Shown: one piece after another, positions 1 to 13,186 of the stretch
Layout: every line of letters begins with the position of its first letter
Numbering within the stretch: position 1 is the first letter of the stretch
Assembly: GCF_006345805.1 (NCBI RefSeq)
Contig: NC_043004.1
Span: forward strand, 28,272,001-28,336,000
Length of the DNA stretch: 64,000 nt
Direction: 5' to 3'
Source: Octopus sinensis
Taxonomy: Eukaryota
Program-made: the position numbers and the translations under genes
Notes under the pieces: generated by a model
What the model was told of the DNA's origin: nothing
What the model saw: the letters and a program-made list of their open reading frames with translations, nothing else
The model's database searches: none

Positions 1-524
1 ATTTATATTTATATTTTATACACAATTTTGTAAAACGCAACTCACACCCTCTTTCTTTGTTCTTTTGTTTTCCTGTGCTTTTTTTATTTTTTCGCTCTTG
101 TAGCAGCAAATAAAGATGCAACACATCACCCACCACCACCACCACCAGCACCAGAACCACCACCGATATTCTCCTCTCCTCCTCTTCCTCATTATCATCT
201 TGTTTCACCCTGCTGCTGTTTATATCTATCAACTCACACCCCCTCCTTCTCAGGCATAAATCATTCTTGTGCTGCATGAACTTCCCTTCTCTCTCATTCA
301 CTCCCACATAGCTTCCTTTCTCTTACATACATTTTCTGATATTTCCTTTTATAGTTGTCGTTGTTGTTGTTATTATTATTATCATTATTATTATTATCAT
401 TATTATTGCTGCTGCTCTCTTGCATCCTTCATAATAACACATTCAATGTCTTTTGTTTATTACGTGATCAATAAAACGGCTATGCGTCCTCCCTCTCAAC
501 ACCACTAGGCTGAGGCAATCATAA

Positions 525-985
525 TGATCATGGTGATGATGATGATGATGATAATAAATCCTTTTGTCTCTATCTCTGACCTCCCTCTTTCTCTCGCTCT
601 CTTTTTTTTATCTTTCTCCCTTAATAAGATATCTCAAAACCAACAATGTGCAGAACGATATTGAAGAAACATTTAATATTCACATATTACAGAGGTACAA
701 ACAATAACAAGTGTTAAAGGTAACAACTACAATAACAACAATATTGGTGTTGTTTATAACAATGATAGTGATGGTGATGACGAAGATGTCTATAATGAGG
801 GGATGATGCTGATGTTTGTGATTGTGAAGAGGATGATATTGTTCTTTATAAGATTTATGATGGAAATGATGATGACGATAATGGTGATCATTAGAAGGAT
901 GGTGATGTTCTTGATCTGATGAAGAGGTGAGCTGGTGATGTTTATGATACTGATGGTAATGATGTTGCTATTTATGAAGTTGATA
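525..985. repeat. degenerate (GAT/GGT)n low-complexity tract
   Basis: recurring gatgatgat/ggtgatg units, no sustained ORF. Confidence 0.7.
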
Positions 986-1643
986 AAAGGTCACAAACGT
1001 GTAGGGAAAGAGGTATGATCGTTGGGAAATAAAAAAACAAAAGTGATCCTAGTGAAATTTGAACTCAGAACTCCATGGTACACAACTAAATTTTGCTACT
1101 GAAAGACTTTCTACCCACATAAAATTAAGGGTTTCTTGTGAATTTGTTTTGACGACAGTGGGATAGAATATCATAGTCACCATCTCGGCCTTACAGCCAT
1201 TGAAAACTTGATCTTTAAGGAGGCTATATTCGTTAAAAGTCAACACGAAAGAAATATTGGCTAACAGAACATTACTAATCTGCACATGCTACAATCATAC
1301 CCACAGCCCATCCTCACACATCTGTACCGATCAAAGCTGAACTCAATCTCCACTTAAGATTTTGCAAAGCCGAAGTATTGAAGTATAAGGCAAAAGTGTA
1401 AATGTTTTACTTTTCAGCTTTTGTAAAATAGTTTAGAAGCGGTGCCACAATATGACACCTACTCACGGTTTGGGTTCATATTATTAATGAGTACGATAGT
1501 ATTTGCATGCAGCCTGAGCAATGTTCAAAAACTTGTGTCGAAAGAATAAGTTAACTCCATCATATCTAATGAGAATTTTGGGCCCAATTGTGTATTCAAA
1601 TGCGTGTAAGTGATGTTTATGTTAGTTTAGTGGTGTTTATTTA

Positions 1644-1652
1644 TGTGTGTGC

Positions 1653-1728
<76 letters not shown>

Positions 1729-1775
1729 TGTGTGAGTGTGTGTGTGCGTGTGAGTGTGTGTGTGCGTGTGTGTGT
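1644..1775. repeat. (TG)n microsatellite
   Basis: direct sequence. Confidence 0.95.
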
Positions 1776-2099
1776 TTCAAAGGAAATACCCAAATAATGC
1801 GAAAGTGACCTTCCGACATCAATTGTCTTTCAGGCAACTTTAACTCAGAATTGTTTTAGTCACCCTGTTCCTGAGATCATATTGAGGATTTAGTGACGGA
1901 AGAAAGGAGTACGAAGAATACCATAGAGTGCAGAAGCAAATAGAATAGCTTTGTATACTGAGAGTAGCGAGTAATGGAGTTGATTAAGCGTCTTCTAAGA
2001 AACATTATATATTTCCTAATGAAGTTGTTTGTAAGGCGATACATAAATTATTGAGCAACAACGACAGAACTATAAGCTACCAGTAGGAGAGAGCCTAAA

Positions 2100-2120
2100 T
2101 ATGTATATATATATATAAAC

Positions 2121-2208
<88 letters not shown>

Positions 2209-2304
2209 TATATATATATCCATATATATATACACATATACACATATATGCATATATATGTGCATATATATATATATATGTATATATATGCATATATATA
2301 TATG

Positions 2305-2352
<48 letters not shown>

Positions 2353-2385
2353 CATACATACATGAACACACATACATTCATATAT
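2100..2385. repeat. compound (TA)n/(TG)n microsatellite
   Basis: direct sequence. Confidence 0.95.
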
Positions 2386-4807
2386 CTAGAGAGAAGGAGA
2401 GAGAGAAAGTGAGTCATTGACAGATATATAATAATTTCCTTCCTTAAACTACACGTTTTCGTAAGTGACTAGCTATTTAGTATGAAGAGACTTAAAACAG
2501 CAACTGGATTTGTTGTAAATGAGATGTTAAATTATATGACGTTTGATTAATGAGTTAAAACTACCTTCACGCCAGTTTAGGTGAAGAACAAATGCTTCTG
2601 GCAAACGTAAATAAATAGAAAATTTTAAATGTCGGTTACATATTCAAATACCATGCTTTTGTATTCTCTTTTATTTTCATTTGTTTCTATAGACTCTAAG
2701 GCATAATATTTGAACATCGTAGTCTTTTAGATATTTTCAAAATGGCTCTTATCACTTCAAAGAAATTAATATATTTTAATTTTTTCACTTCAAAGGCATT
2801 TTGTTAGTACATGACAATTCATTGACTAGTTAGAGAGTCTGTTATCACATTTAAATCATCTGTTTATCAGAAATTTAATTTCCTAGAAGCCAAAATACGT
2901 TTCTAAAACCAAATCAAACTTGGAAATCAGTAAATCGATAATTATTTTTACTAGCAACTTCAGATGTCGGTCTGTGATCGGCGTATTTAATGTATAGTTG
3001 TCGTTATAGCAATGTGATACTGTTCGCTTCGTTTCTTACAACTGTGTAGATTACACATTACAACAGTAAATCATACCATTCTGTCTAGTAGGCGCCATGG
3101 TACATGATAGCATAATGTCATTGGTTACCCTGCTAAATCATATCTGTCATTTGATGCTCTCTTAGAACATATTGTGCCATTCTGCATTATACTATAACGT
3201 GGCATTTGGTATAATATCAGTCCATATAAGATAACATACAAGATAACACCACCATAGCAATCTATTATGATGATGTTATTTAAGACGATAATAAATAGTG
3301 TGTGAAGGCACCTAATAAATAAAATTATGAGCCTAGAGTATCCGGAATGCGTTAGCATGATAGCTAAATTGATATTTTCTTCTGGTGAGGTTTTCCTAAG
3401 CATTATCTTTACCACGGTAACTATATTAATGCATGAAATTGAGTGCACATTTCTCCTTCTCACAACCTGGCTAGCTTTTCTGTAGCTTCTTCCCTAACAA
3501 ACAGAGAGTATATGAATCCCATTGCTATACATGCTCGATCATGCATAGTATTCAATTGATGTTAAATGTGTTCTCTCCCAGTCGAAAACCAGTGAACTGA
3601 CGAAATGTAAATAGACAACAGAAAATGATGCTACCACCAACGATAAAAATGGCTGAATTTGTTTTTTCAGAGAAAAAAAAAAGCTGGGGTAAGAAAGAAA
3701 ATAAAAGAAGACGTAAAACAGGAGATTCAACTGCATATAGTGACATTTTAACGGTGTCAAATAATTTTGTTATTTTGGGAGCTGATTTTAAAATAAGTTT
3801 GCCATAAAAGAATTTTTTTCTCTCCAACTGATCTGAAAGGTTGTGAAAATGGAAACTCTATTTTTAAGAATTTGCTGAGAAACTTAGGAACTTATTACGT
3901 AGACTGTAATAGATATGCCATAAGAGATATATGCCTATTAGGCTACACGAATTTAGAATATATTGTAAAATACCTATTAGTGTTGAGTATGTAATAAGTT
4001 ATTACTAGCCTGATAAATAGTTAGTCCTCAAACGGTAGCGGTTTGCTCTTCAAGGCATAATTCCTTATGTAGGTGTAAAATTCAGGATTTCATGAGTATA
4101 TTCTGTAGTTTACAATTTATGTTTAGTTTTAATTTCCTCATTCTAGAATATTAATTCAAATGAGTAGGTTAGAACTTATTTATAACTGCAAAATTGTTGT
4201 GTTAATAATTTCGTTTTATAACCTTATGATTCCGAGTTCGATCGCACTGCGTGTCAGCTTGGGCAAGTGTTATCAATTATAGCATTCGGGTAGTCAATAT
4301 CTTAAAAGAGACATACAGTAAAGTGGAACTGTACGGATTTTACCCGTATGTACACCTACATATATGTGTGAGTGCATGTGCATGTAAACAACAGTCATTT
4401 ATGTACAATACAACGAAAATTAGAAGAACTGAGATAAATTTAAATACTATAAGGCCCCACTGTGAGTTAAATACGAATCTAAACATTTTTATATGCTATT
4501 GATATGCGGGGAGAGAGGGGACGATTTTCCTGATTTGTTGACTACTCTTCACAGAAATATACCCGACTTCCTTCTCCAGTCAGTGGCAGAGATTAGATAC
4601 ATATAAAATGGTCATGCATTAAGCTAGCTTCAGAGCCTAATAGCAAATTAGGCAATCCATTGCGTAGATATAAAAACAGGACGGTGTTTTATCGCACTAC
4701 TTTAGATTCCGTGTAGATTTTTGTAATTTTTTGAAATTTAATTCATCTATGTGTATATACTGTATAACTTCTTTCACCCCATTTCTTCTCATTCTTTGCA
4801 TAAACTA

Positions 4808-4925
4808 TCTTTCGGGGTCGATGAAATAGATACCAGTTACGCACTGGGGTCGATATAATCGTCTAGCCCCCCCCCCCCCCCGCTTCCCCCAAAATTTTCA
4901 AGGCCTTGTGCCTCGAGTAGAAAAT
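4808..4925 (+). mobile_element. SINE family B 3' fragment (tail type 2)
   Basis: ctttcggggtcgat...taccagttacgcactggggtcgatataatc...aggccttgtgcctcgagtagaaa matches the copy at 13187-13352. Confidence 0.75.
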
Positions 4926-4944
4926 AATAATAATAATAATAATA

Positions 4945-5018
<74 letters not shown>
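4923..5018. repeat. (AAT)n switching to (ATT)n microsatellite
   Basis: direct sequence; likely two retroelement tails meeting tail-to-tail. Confidence 0.9.
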
Positions 5019-5019
<1 letters not shown>

Positions 5020-5235
5020 TTATATTTGACTTTTACTTTGCATTTGTACAAGTTGACTCCAAGAGACCTCAAGAGACAAGTTAGAAGTTCATGTTGGTGT
5101 TATGCCTAGGGTGCCATATATTTGGTTTTGTACATAGTGTTGTTCTAGAGAATGTTTAAGAAATCGTAAGAAAATTGTTTGTTTTGGGCAGAAGAAAAAA
5201 CTCATAGAATATCTTCAGACTTAGACTCCTTAGAG
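5019..5235 (-). mobile_element. putative 3' UTR of an R4/Dong-type LINE ending in (AAT)n
   Basis: minus strand reads ...cttgaggtctcttggagtcaacttgtac...caaatat(AAT)n and abuts an R4/Dong-like RT fragment; assignment is by context. Confidence 0.4.
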
Positions 5236-5262
5236 GATCAAAAATAGGAGGGTGTCAAGGTA

Positions 5263-5605
5263 GAGGATTTAAGATCTGCTCTCAGGAGGTCAAACAAATG
5301 GAAGTCTCCAGGAAAGGATAAAATTCGTAACTTCTGGTTGACCTCCTTCCCAGAGAGCCATGAACTACTAACAAAACTTTACAACGATACTTTGCAACAT
5401 ACAAGTATGATCCCCTCTTGGCTAGTTAATGGTTTAACATTCCTCATTTCAAAAAATGCAGAAACAAATGAACCAAAAAATGATCGACTCATAACCTGCT
5501 TAACAACAATGTATAAAATGCTAACATCTATCCTGACTGAATATACTTATAATATTTTTAATAGAAAGTAGAATATTCCCTAATGAGCAAAAAGGATGTA
5601 AACGT
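5263..5605 (+). mobile_element. R4/Dong-like (RLE clade) non-LTR retrotransposon, decayed N-terminal RT fragment
   Basis: translation EDLRSALRRSNKWKSPGKDKIRNFWL...WLVNGLTFLISK...RLITCLTTMYKMLTSIL, then IFPNEQKGCKR after a frameshift; resembles RT domains 0-2 (KSPGxD, RPITCL, EQKG). Confidence 0.85.
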
Positions 5606-5615
5606 GAATCTTATG

Positions 5616-5893
5616 CAGTTCTATATTTAAGAGATGAGGAATTACGTACATTATTTACATTATTTACATTCGACGGATATTTGTCCTCATCTTGTTTGTT
5701 GTTAACACAATGTTTCGGCTGATATACCCTCCAGGTGTCTTGGGGAAGTTCCGAACCTGGGTTCTTATTCCTAAGGTATTTTTGTTGCTGTTATTATTAT
5801 TATTATTATTATTCAGGTCAGTGCGTTGAATCGAACTCGGAATCTTGGGGTTAGTAGCCCGCGCTCTTAACCACTACGCCATATGCGTGGGCA
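5616..5893 (-). mobile_element. tRNA-like/(AAT)n/hammerhead non-coding element, single copy with hammerhead core deleted
   Basis: colinear with both arms of the 26700-27464 palindrome; A box TGGCGTAGTGG, B box GAGTTCGATTC; shared 3' end catctcttaaatatagaactg. Confidence 0.8.
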
Positions 5894-6074
5894 ATTATGG
5901 AGTGAATTTTAGGGCTTATAAATCTAATATTCTCCTATCCTTCCTTAATACCGGTTCCCATATGCTGCTCATATCTACACTCGGTCTGCTTAGGAGGTTG
6001 TTGTTTTTTGTCTTGCAGTGTAGATGGAAAATACACAGGAGTATTCAATCATTAGTCACGTCATAGACGAAACT

Positions 6075-6430
6075 TAGATAATAATTTTCTTTAAATGTGC
6101 GCAGTACTTAGCAAGACTGCTTTATGCATGATACCGGTTTTCCGTAGTATTCCCAACCACATTACGAAATCTTGAAGTTTCAGTGGCTTCTACCCTAATG
6201 CCTTAATCACAACTGGTATCACAGGAATTCAAAATAGTCTTAACATTTTCACTCTCAATTCGGAGTACTTGGTGATATTTTCAACCTCTTTATTCGCAGC
6301 ATACATGTCATTTGGCATGGCTACGTCAATGACCTGACAGTACTTGTCTTTCTTGTTCAATACGACCATATCCGGTGGGCGATGCTCAATTACTCTATCA
6401 GTCGGAAAATCATAATCCGAGAAATTTCGA
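6075..6430 (-). mobile_element. R4/Dong-like LINE C-terminal restriction-like endonuclease fragment
   Basis: DFPTDRVIEHRPPDMVV...CQVIDVAMPND...KEVENITKYSEL, then VIPVVIKALG and KAVLLSTAHI, matching the RLE PD..D motif and C-terminus. Confidence 0.85.
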
Positions 6431-6997
6431 CCGTTTCCCATCTTCCTGCATTGCTTTACGAGCCAAAAGCTCATACCAATTCTTTGTTATTTTGTATTGG
6501 TATTTACGATATAAAAGCCAATGAAGATACAAACGGAGGATGTTTATTAGTGCCCAGGCTCACATAACATAACAAATAGGAATACAGAATCGTCAAGATA
6601 AAGTCTTATGTTTAGCCAACGCAGTCTCAGACTTTGAGTTGAATCAGCTTTTGTTGAGGCAAAACTTCAAACAAGAAATAATAGTTACTGAGGTACGTGG
6701 AGTAGAGGGATCGAAATCACTGGGGCAACAACCTACATAATTTACAGTATTTATACATTTCCCATCTTTAAACAAGGAATATATCAGATTCACTGTTAAC
6801 GGTGTGATACTAATTTCTTTTGTCAATAGTTTTGTGTGATGTAAAATTCGTAGTTAGAAATTAATCAGACATTTTTATCAGAATGTGTGACTAAACTCTG
6901 CAGAATGGACCGAATAATAATTCGAGTAGACTAAAACAAAAAGGTGAAGGCACTTTTGAGAAGTCGGCTGAGCTTTTCTTCAGGTTCTTCTACAACA

Positions 6998-7278
6998 GTG
7001 GAGGCACATGGCCTAGTGGTTAGAAGAGTGGACTCGCGGTCGAGGGGTCACGGGTTTGAATCTCAGGCTAGGCGATGTATATGTGAAACATCTAAGCTCC
7101 ACGCGGCTCCGACAGAAGGTAGACTCTTTCGTTGCAACTTTCTCTCACTCTTTCCTCCTGTATCTAGCAACTCACCTGCGACGGACCGGTATCCCGTCCA
7201 GGTGGCAACCTATATGCCAATGAAACTAGGAAACCGGCCCTTATGAGCCAGGCATGGCTCGAGAAGGAACAAACAACA
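6998..7278 (+). mobile_element. tRNA-derived SINE (family C, MetaSINE-like central domain)
   Basis: head tggcctagtggttag...gggtttgaatc (A/B boxes); cctgcgacggaccggtatcccgtccagg resembles the Meta-domain core; short (aac) tail. Confidence 0.65.
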
Positions 7279-7502
7279 TCAATTTCTACAATAACTACCG
7301 TGGTTAAAACACAAGGTCATTTAATACAGCGAGATTAATTGTATGGTCATTAGACATGTGCAGCACACAATACTCTAATACATACATATATACATACATA
7401 CATACCCTGTTGTTGATGCTGAAATCTAATGAAGGGGCCTTGGATCTACGTTACAAACCGGTTCTTTCTCTATTGGCAAGAAATCTTGAAATAAACTGAA
7501 TG

Positions 7503-7599
<97 letters not shown>

Positions 7600-7601
7600 T
7601 A

Positions 7602-7648
<47 letters not shown>

Positions 7649-7786
7649 ATATATAACTAAATCGGTGTAGCTTCCTTCTGACGATGGGCTTTTACGCTTG
7701 AAATATTGTTTTTTTGTAAAACTTACTGCATTTTTAGAAGCGTTCTATATTTTCCTTTTCCTTTTTCTTGCTCCCCCTTCTCTCTC

Positions 7787-7830
<44 letters not shown>

Positions 7831-7933
7831 TGTGTGTGTCTGTGTCTGCATACATAAATATATATAAACATACATTTATATATACATATATATTATGTAG
7901 ATATGTACATACACACACACAAACGCATACATA

Positions 7934-8400
7934 TGCAGTATCTCAGAGAAGTGTGTACAGCCCTAAAAAATTTCAGTAAAATTGCCATTACCCTGATAAT
8001 ATCGAAGGAAATCAGACGAAATTTATACTGAATAAAATATATTATGCATGCAAACGTTATACAAATTTGGAACACAGAACAATAAACATTTTCAAAGATA
8101 TGAACGAAATGTTAATTTTCAAATGATACAAAAATATTTATACCCGAAAGGAAATTTGCTATATTCAATATTTTATCTTTTTTTTTTTTTTTTTACTGAA
8201 TTCAGATATTGCTGATAATTTCAATTCTAATAAATTATTTCTTCTGACATTTTTGCACCGGTCGTTGCTATTGCATCTGCAGGAACTTTGATTTATACAC
8301 CGTGGTGAAAATCTTCATTGTGATTAAAATGGCATCGAAAGGGAAAGAATTGTCTGAAAATTTGAAGAAAATTATTTTTAATTTGCACAGTTTGGATCGG
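7934..8400 (+). mobile_element. Tc1-like transposon 5' fragment
   Basis: begins near CAGT; ATG at 8329 gives MASKGKELSENLKKIIFNLH, resembling a Tc1 transposase N-terminal HTH; truncated by a LINE fragment. Confidence 0.6.
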
Positions 8401-8402
8401 TA

Positions 8403-8632
8403 TAAAGCCTCTGCCACCTTGTTTTCGTTTTCGGTAGAGTCGGTCTACTTCACTGTTGATATGGAAATTATGTGTATCTTACAGGTTTTCAAATCAATGG
8501 CTCGGATTCCATCAAGCGTCCGGTCAAGTAGCCCATATGTTGGTATGAGTACTGGCACTGCAAACACATTGTGGGTCACTGTTTTATTGAATGCAGGTAG
8601 TGAGATCCTGGTTCAGCAGTTCCAAAGTTTTT
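8403..8632 (-). mobile_element. R4/Dong-like LINE fragment (post-RT region)
   Basis: minus translation LPAFNKTVTHNVFAVPVLIPTYGLLDRTLDGIRAIDLKT...NFHINSEVDRLYRKRKQGGRG (DRLY..RK.GGRGL motif). Confidence 0.8.
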
Positions 8633-9393
8633 GAGAGTCTGAAGCAACGTCTTACCTACTATTGTTCCCAAGTCTACCCGGAGTTGACCCGGAGCAGAAA
8701 CACCTGTCAGGGTTCCAGCTATTGTTTAATTAGAATAACTCTAAAACCACCGGGAGCGAGAGACCCCTAGCTGTTGTAAAACCCGCGACTTCACATCACT
8801 ACAGGTCATTATGCTTTGGCTTGTCACTAATTACTAATGACGGAGACTTAAAGAGATTATAATCCTATGATGCCATTGTGTGGTGACCCCGTTTGCTAAC
8901 CCATCTATTGAAAACCCTTTTCAGAAACAACGTAACTCTTAGCCGCCTGAACGTACTAGCAGGGATGGTTGAGTTGGTGTGTGCTTATTTCTGCTAGTGA
9001 TGGACGTAGTTGAAATGTTTTATATTGCTTATGACAGCCCTTTATTGTTTCTTCGCGACTGAAGATAGTTCTGTTCAAAGTTATTCCAGATTTGGCCGAA
9101 TTGTTTTTTATTCGACATATCTAGAGTTGCCTCGTCCGACCTATCATTTCTTTTCGAAATGGTAGTGTGTGGTTTAAGGCTGTTATTCACAGAAATCGAG
9201 CGGTCGAGAAGATACTTTCTCGTTGACATCTGTAATCTATATATCCTACCACCACCACCACCGCCACAACCAAAATCAGCAGCATCATCACCACCATTAC
9301 CGCCCCTCCCTGTACCACGCACACACACACACATCATCACCCCCACCCCATCCAGCACTATTACATCCTCCATTCCCGCATCTCCACCCCCCC

Positions 9394-9394
9394 T

Positions 9395-9443
<49 letters not shown>

Positions 9444-9450
9444 CACTACT
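9394..9450. repeat. (CTA)n microsatellite
   Basis: direct sequence. Confidence 0.9.
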
Positions 9451-11062
9451 ATTGTTATCTCACGATCACTAATGTCAACATGTATGTTGCTACCCTTGCC
9501 TGTCCAAGATCACTTCCTCTTTCTGGTAGGACGGAAACCTCCATTTGATATTGCTTTAGTAGCTATAAATAGCTGTCAAGCTGAATATTTAAAATTCCTC
9601 GACAAGAAGAGATTCTATTTCCGAGTCGTTTCTCTTTTTCTCTCTAATTCTATTATTTTCTCCAGTAGAAGAAACTACTATTGACATGTTATCTCTGTTC
9701 CTTTAAGCCATAATTATTAGAAGAACGTCTTTTTTTTGTTCATGGAAGAAGGAAAGCAACTCTAACCTTTAGAGCATTTTAGAGCGATAGATGGAAGCGA
9801 GGGAAGAAGTTTGACTTAGGCCAGATATCTAACTCGAATAATGTCCACTGAAAAAGAAAACTAGAAAACTAGAGAAGAGATCATGGTGGGGGTGTTGGTG
9901 GTGGATGCTGCTGTTATTAATTTTTAGCCTCCAAGAACCGGAACGGTACTGGCAATGGGTTCCTGTACAGTTTCTGAATACAATTATCAACGATAAGTCT
10001 TTGGTTGATATGATACTTCTTCAAGGAAGAAGACCATGTTTTCAATCTATATAACCAAAAATGGTTTTCTATATACGATTACATCTTTTAGCTAGGCATA
10101 ATGCATCTTGGACGTCACTATGCAATCTACACTTTATTTAGAGAAGGGAGTAATTTGAGGAAGATTTGATTATTGTTAATAGTTAGTCGATTGACTATGT
10201 AGAGGTTAATTTGTCATAACAAATACTACCGCGTGGCACAAGTTCTCATTAGATGAAAAGTAAAGTGGTAAAGTTGACTTCGGCATGATTTGTGTATAGC
10301 AATGTTAATGAAATATCGCATAGAATTTTCTCTGATCTACTAATTTTGCTAAACATTGACCACGAATTAAAAAGATATGTAACGTTGCTGTTACCGTAAG
10401 AGGAAGCCAATCGATTCTAGTTAAGAAAAATAGAAAAAATTAAGAGACCCCATAAAAAAAAAAACTGTCGGAAATTTTTAGAAAGTGTTGGATGAAGCTT
10501 CCTTTAATAAAATATTACCACTCAGTCATAAGACGAGTTAGATTAGAGGTGAAGTGGAGGGAGCTGGATAAGTGTGTAGGGAGGAGACAAATAGGAAGAT
10601 GTAGAGATAAAATAACATTACCAAATAATAAGAACAGAAATGTAACGCGGAGAAAGTTTGCAATAAAATTTGATAGAGGTAAACATTAGGATAAAAGACA
10701 TAAAAAAAAAGCGTGAAAAGAGCGTAAAAGAGCAACTGTAAGACAGTGAAATAATAGGGGGCCGCAATTTATTCATACGCAGCATCTTTCAGAGCTTGTC
10801 GCTATTTCAGCTCTCAGCCAAATTGAAAACTTAACAATTTTGAACTGGATTGGCCCCTAGCTACATTTTGGCATAAAAAAAAAAATTGAGATTTGGTCCA
10901 GTAGAAAAAAGTTTCGATTAAGATTTGTGGCAACGTTTTGGAGAGTAAGTAACGTCTCAAATCAGGTTTAGATCTAAATAGCCTTTTTATCTTAAAAGGA
11001 AAATATATGTATCTTAACTTCAATGATAGAAGAAAGCATGAGGAATTTCATAGTTTTGGTCT

Positions 11063-11190
11063 TATCCTTTCAGGGTCGATCAGATAAGTTCCAGTTACGC
11101 ACTGGGGTCGATGTAATCGACTTAATCCCTTTGTCTGTCCTTGTATGCCCCCTCTAAGTTTAGCCCCTTAAGGGTAATAAATAAATAAAT
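11063..11190 (+). mobile_element. SINE family B 3' part (tail type 1)
   Basis: cagttacgcactggggtcgatgtaatcgacttaatccctttgtctgtcc...tagcccct matches 12958-13186 and 59948-60118. Confidence 0.75.
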
Positions 11191-12957
11191 ATAAGGGAGT
11201 GATTAATCAATTAAATCGACCCCAGTACTTGACAAGTATTTTAATTTATCCACACCAGTAATTGCCTGCTACTTAATTATCGGCGCTAGTACTTGTTTGG
11301 TACTTTATTTTCATGACTTCCAGTGCTTGATTTGTACTTCATCTTATCGACCCAAGAACTAGAATGGTATTTTATTTTGTCGTCTCAGGATAGATGAAAA
11401 GAGATATTGATCATGGTAGTATCTGAACTCAGAGTGTAAAGACTTCCCACTAAAGACCGTAAGGCATTTTGTCCGACGCTCTAACGTTTCTCTTAAATAA
11501 TTTTTTCCTTATCATTGACACAAGAAAGGTTGATATACGGCCAAGTTGCAAAAAGTATAATCGAACGAATGAAATCTTGGTTGCAATCGCTTTGTAATAT
11601 AGGAGCGTACTGTTTAAAAAGCTGTCCCTTTTCCCTTCTTGCACTCTTTACACTGAATTAAGTTCTATTTAAGCTGATCCGGAAGCTGGTTATGGCTCTT
11701 TAATTGCTAGGGGAGTGAAAGGCAAGCAGTATCTAGCTCGGGGCTCTTCGTTGAACTCCCTGCTACCATTATAAATTAGGTATCGACCATGGAACCAGCT
11801 GCGCAGACAATTGATGCGACGGCCTTAGCTTCCTGCAAATTTAAGGTCACTTAAAGACTTTTTGTTATATAATATATTTTTTCCAGGACGATAGGTGTTT
11901 GTGAGGGGGGACGGGATAATCCACCTCCTCTCTTTCACTCTCTTTATCCTGTTCTTCAAGAACTTTATATTTTTCAATAATACTCCCTCTTGATCTTATG
12001 CTATGCATTTCTCACATTGCACACACACAAATACACACAAGCACACAAGCACACACATACACACACATACATAGTGTCGTAATATGAGTGCGCACATATC
12101 TATGTATGTGTATATATGTATATATACATATGTATGTTTATAATATATATATATATATATATATACCCCACACTCCACACGCACACACTCATACACACAC
12201 TGACTGAGTATCCCGTCGTTACTGGGCAATTCTCACAATAGAATGCCTTAACAGACTTTCGGAATAACACGCAAACATTGTCTGGATTTTCTCCGTTTCG
12301 ACGGGGACTTTTCAAACTTTTTCCCCACACCTTTGCCATTGATGAAGTGAAGCATTTTATGAAAAGGTTTTTGAAAATTAATAATTCCTCCACTTCTAGA
12401 CCGATTTTGTCCTTTTCTTTTTCTTTCTTTCTTTCTTTTTTTTTTTTTTTTTTTGTACTATGCACTGAGAGACGATTATACGGTTCAAAAACAAAAATTT
12501 GGAAACTTATGATTTTTTTCAAACTTACCTTCTTCGGTCAGAAACGATTTTGACTAATTTCTTTCTTTCTTTCCTTCCTTCCTTCTTTCTTTCTTTCTTC
12601 TTGTACTACACACTTAAAAACAATGGGAGAAGCCTTGAACGTTAAAAAAAAAAAAAAAAGAAATTTTTGGAAAATCGGCGATCCCCTTTGCACTTCGTTT
12701 GTTTTCAAAAAGCAAATGAAACAATAGCGAAAATTCTATAATTTCTTCATTACACCTAGCCCCAACCTCATAGATAAAAAAATTTCGGCATTTTTTCGAA
12801 AAAATTTTAACAGTCTGAATTGGCAATTTGTTTGTATTTATAATTTCAAAATAATTTTCAGATAAAAGGATGTGTTTTATGGGTGAATCAGCTGTTATTT
12901 TTAGCATATCTTTCTCACTCTGACAGTATTGATGTTTTTCAATAGTTTTCTCTCCAT

Positions 12958-13186
12958 AAGGCGAGCTGGCAGAAATTTACCACGCCGGGCGAAATGCTTA
13001 GTGGTATTTCGTCTGCCGCTACGTTCTGAGTTCAAATTCCGCCGAGGTCGACTTTGCCTTTCATCCTTTCGGGGTCGATTAAATAAGTACCAGTTACGGA
13101 TTGGGGTCGATATAATCGACTTAATCCGTTTGTCTGTCTTTGTTTGTCCTCTCTGTGTTTAGCCCCTTGTGGGTAGTAAAGAAATA
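12958..13186 (+). mobile_element. SINE family B, tail type 1
   Basis: ggcgagctggcagaa...gagttcaaattccgccgaggtcgactttgcctttcatcctttcggggtcga (A/B-box-like head); many copies in the window. Confidence 0.85.

Noticed and set aside
1588-2417. ORFs rich in CV, HT or YI repeats, and the many similar ORFs throughout the track
   Set aside because: They are translations of (TG)n, (TA)n, (TACA)n, (AGAT)n and (AAT)n microsatellites, which lack stops in some frames.
9159-9684. Pro/His/Thr/Tyr-rich ORFs
   Set aside because: Derived from (CAC)n and (CTA)n simple repeats.
12200-12900. Possible Helentron/HINE-like element starting gagtatcccgtcgttactggg
   Set aside because: I could not identify the matching subterminal inverted repeat or a 3' hairpin.
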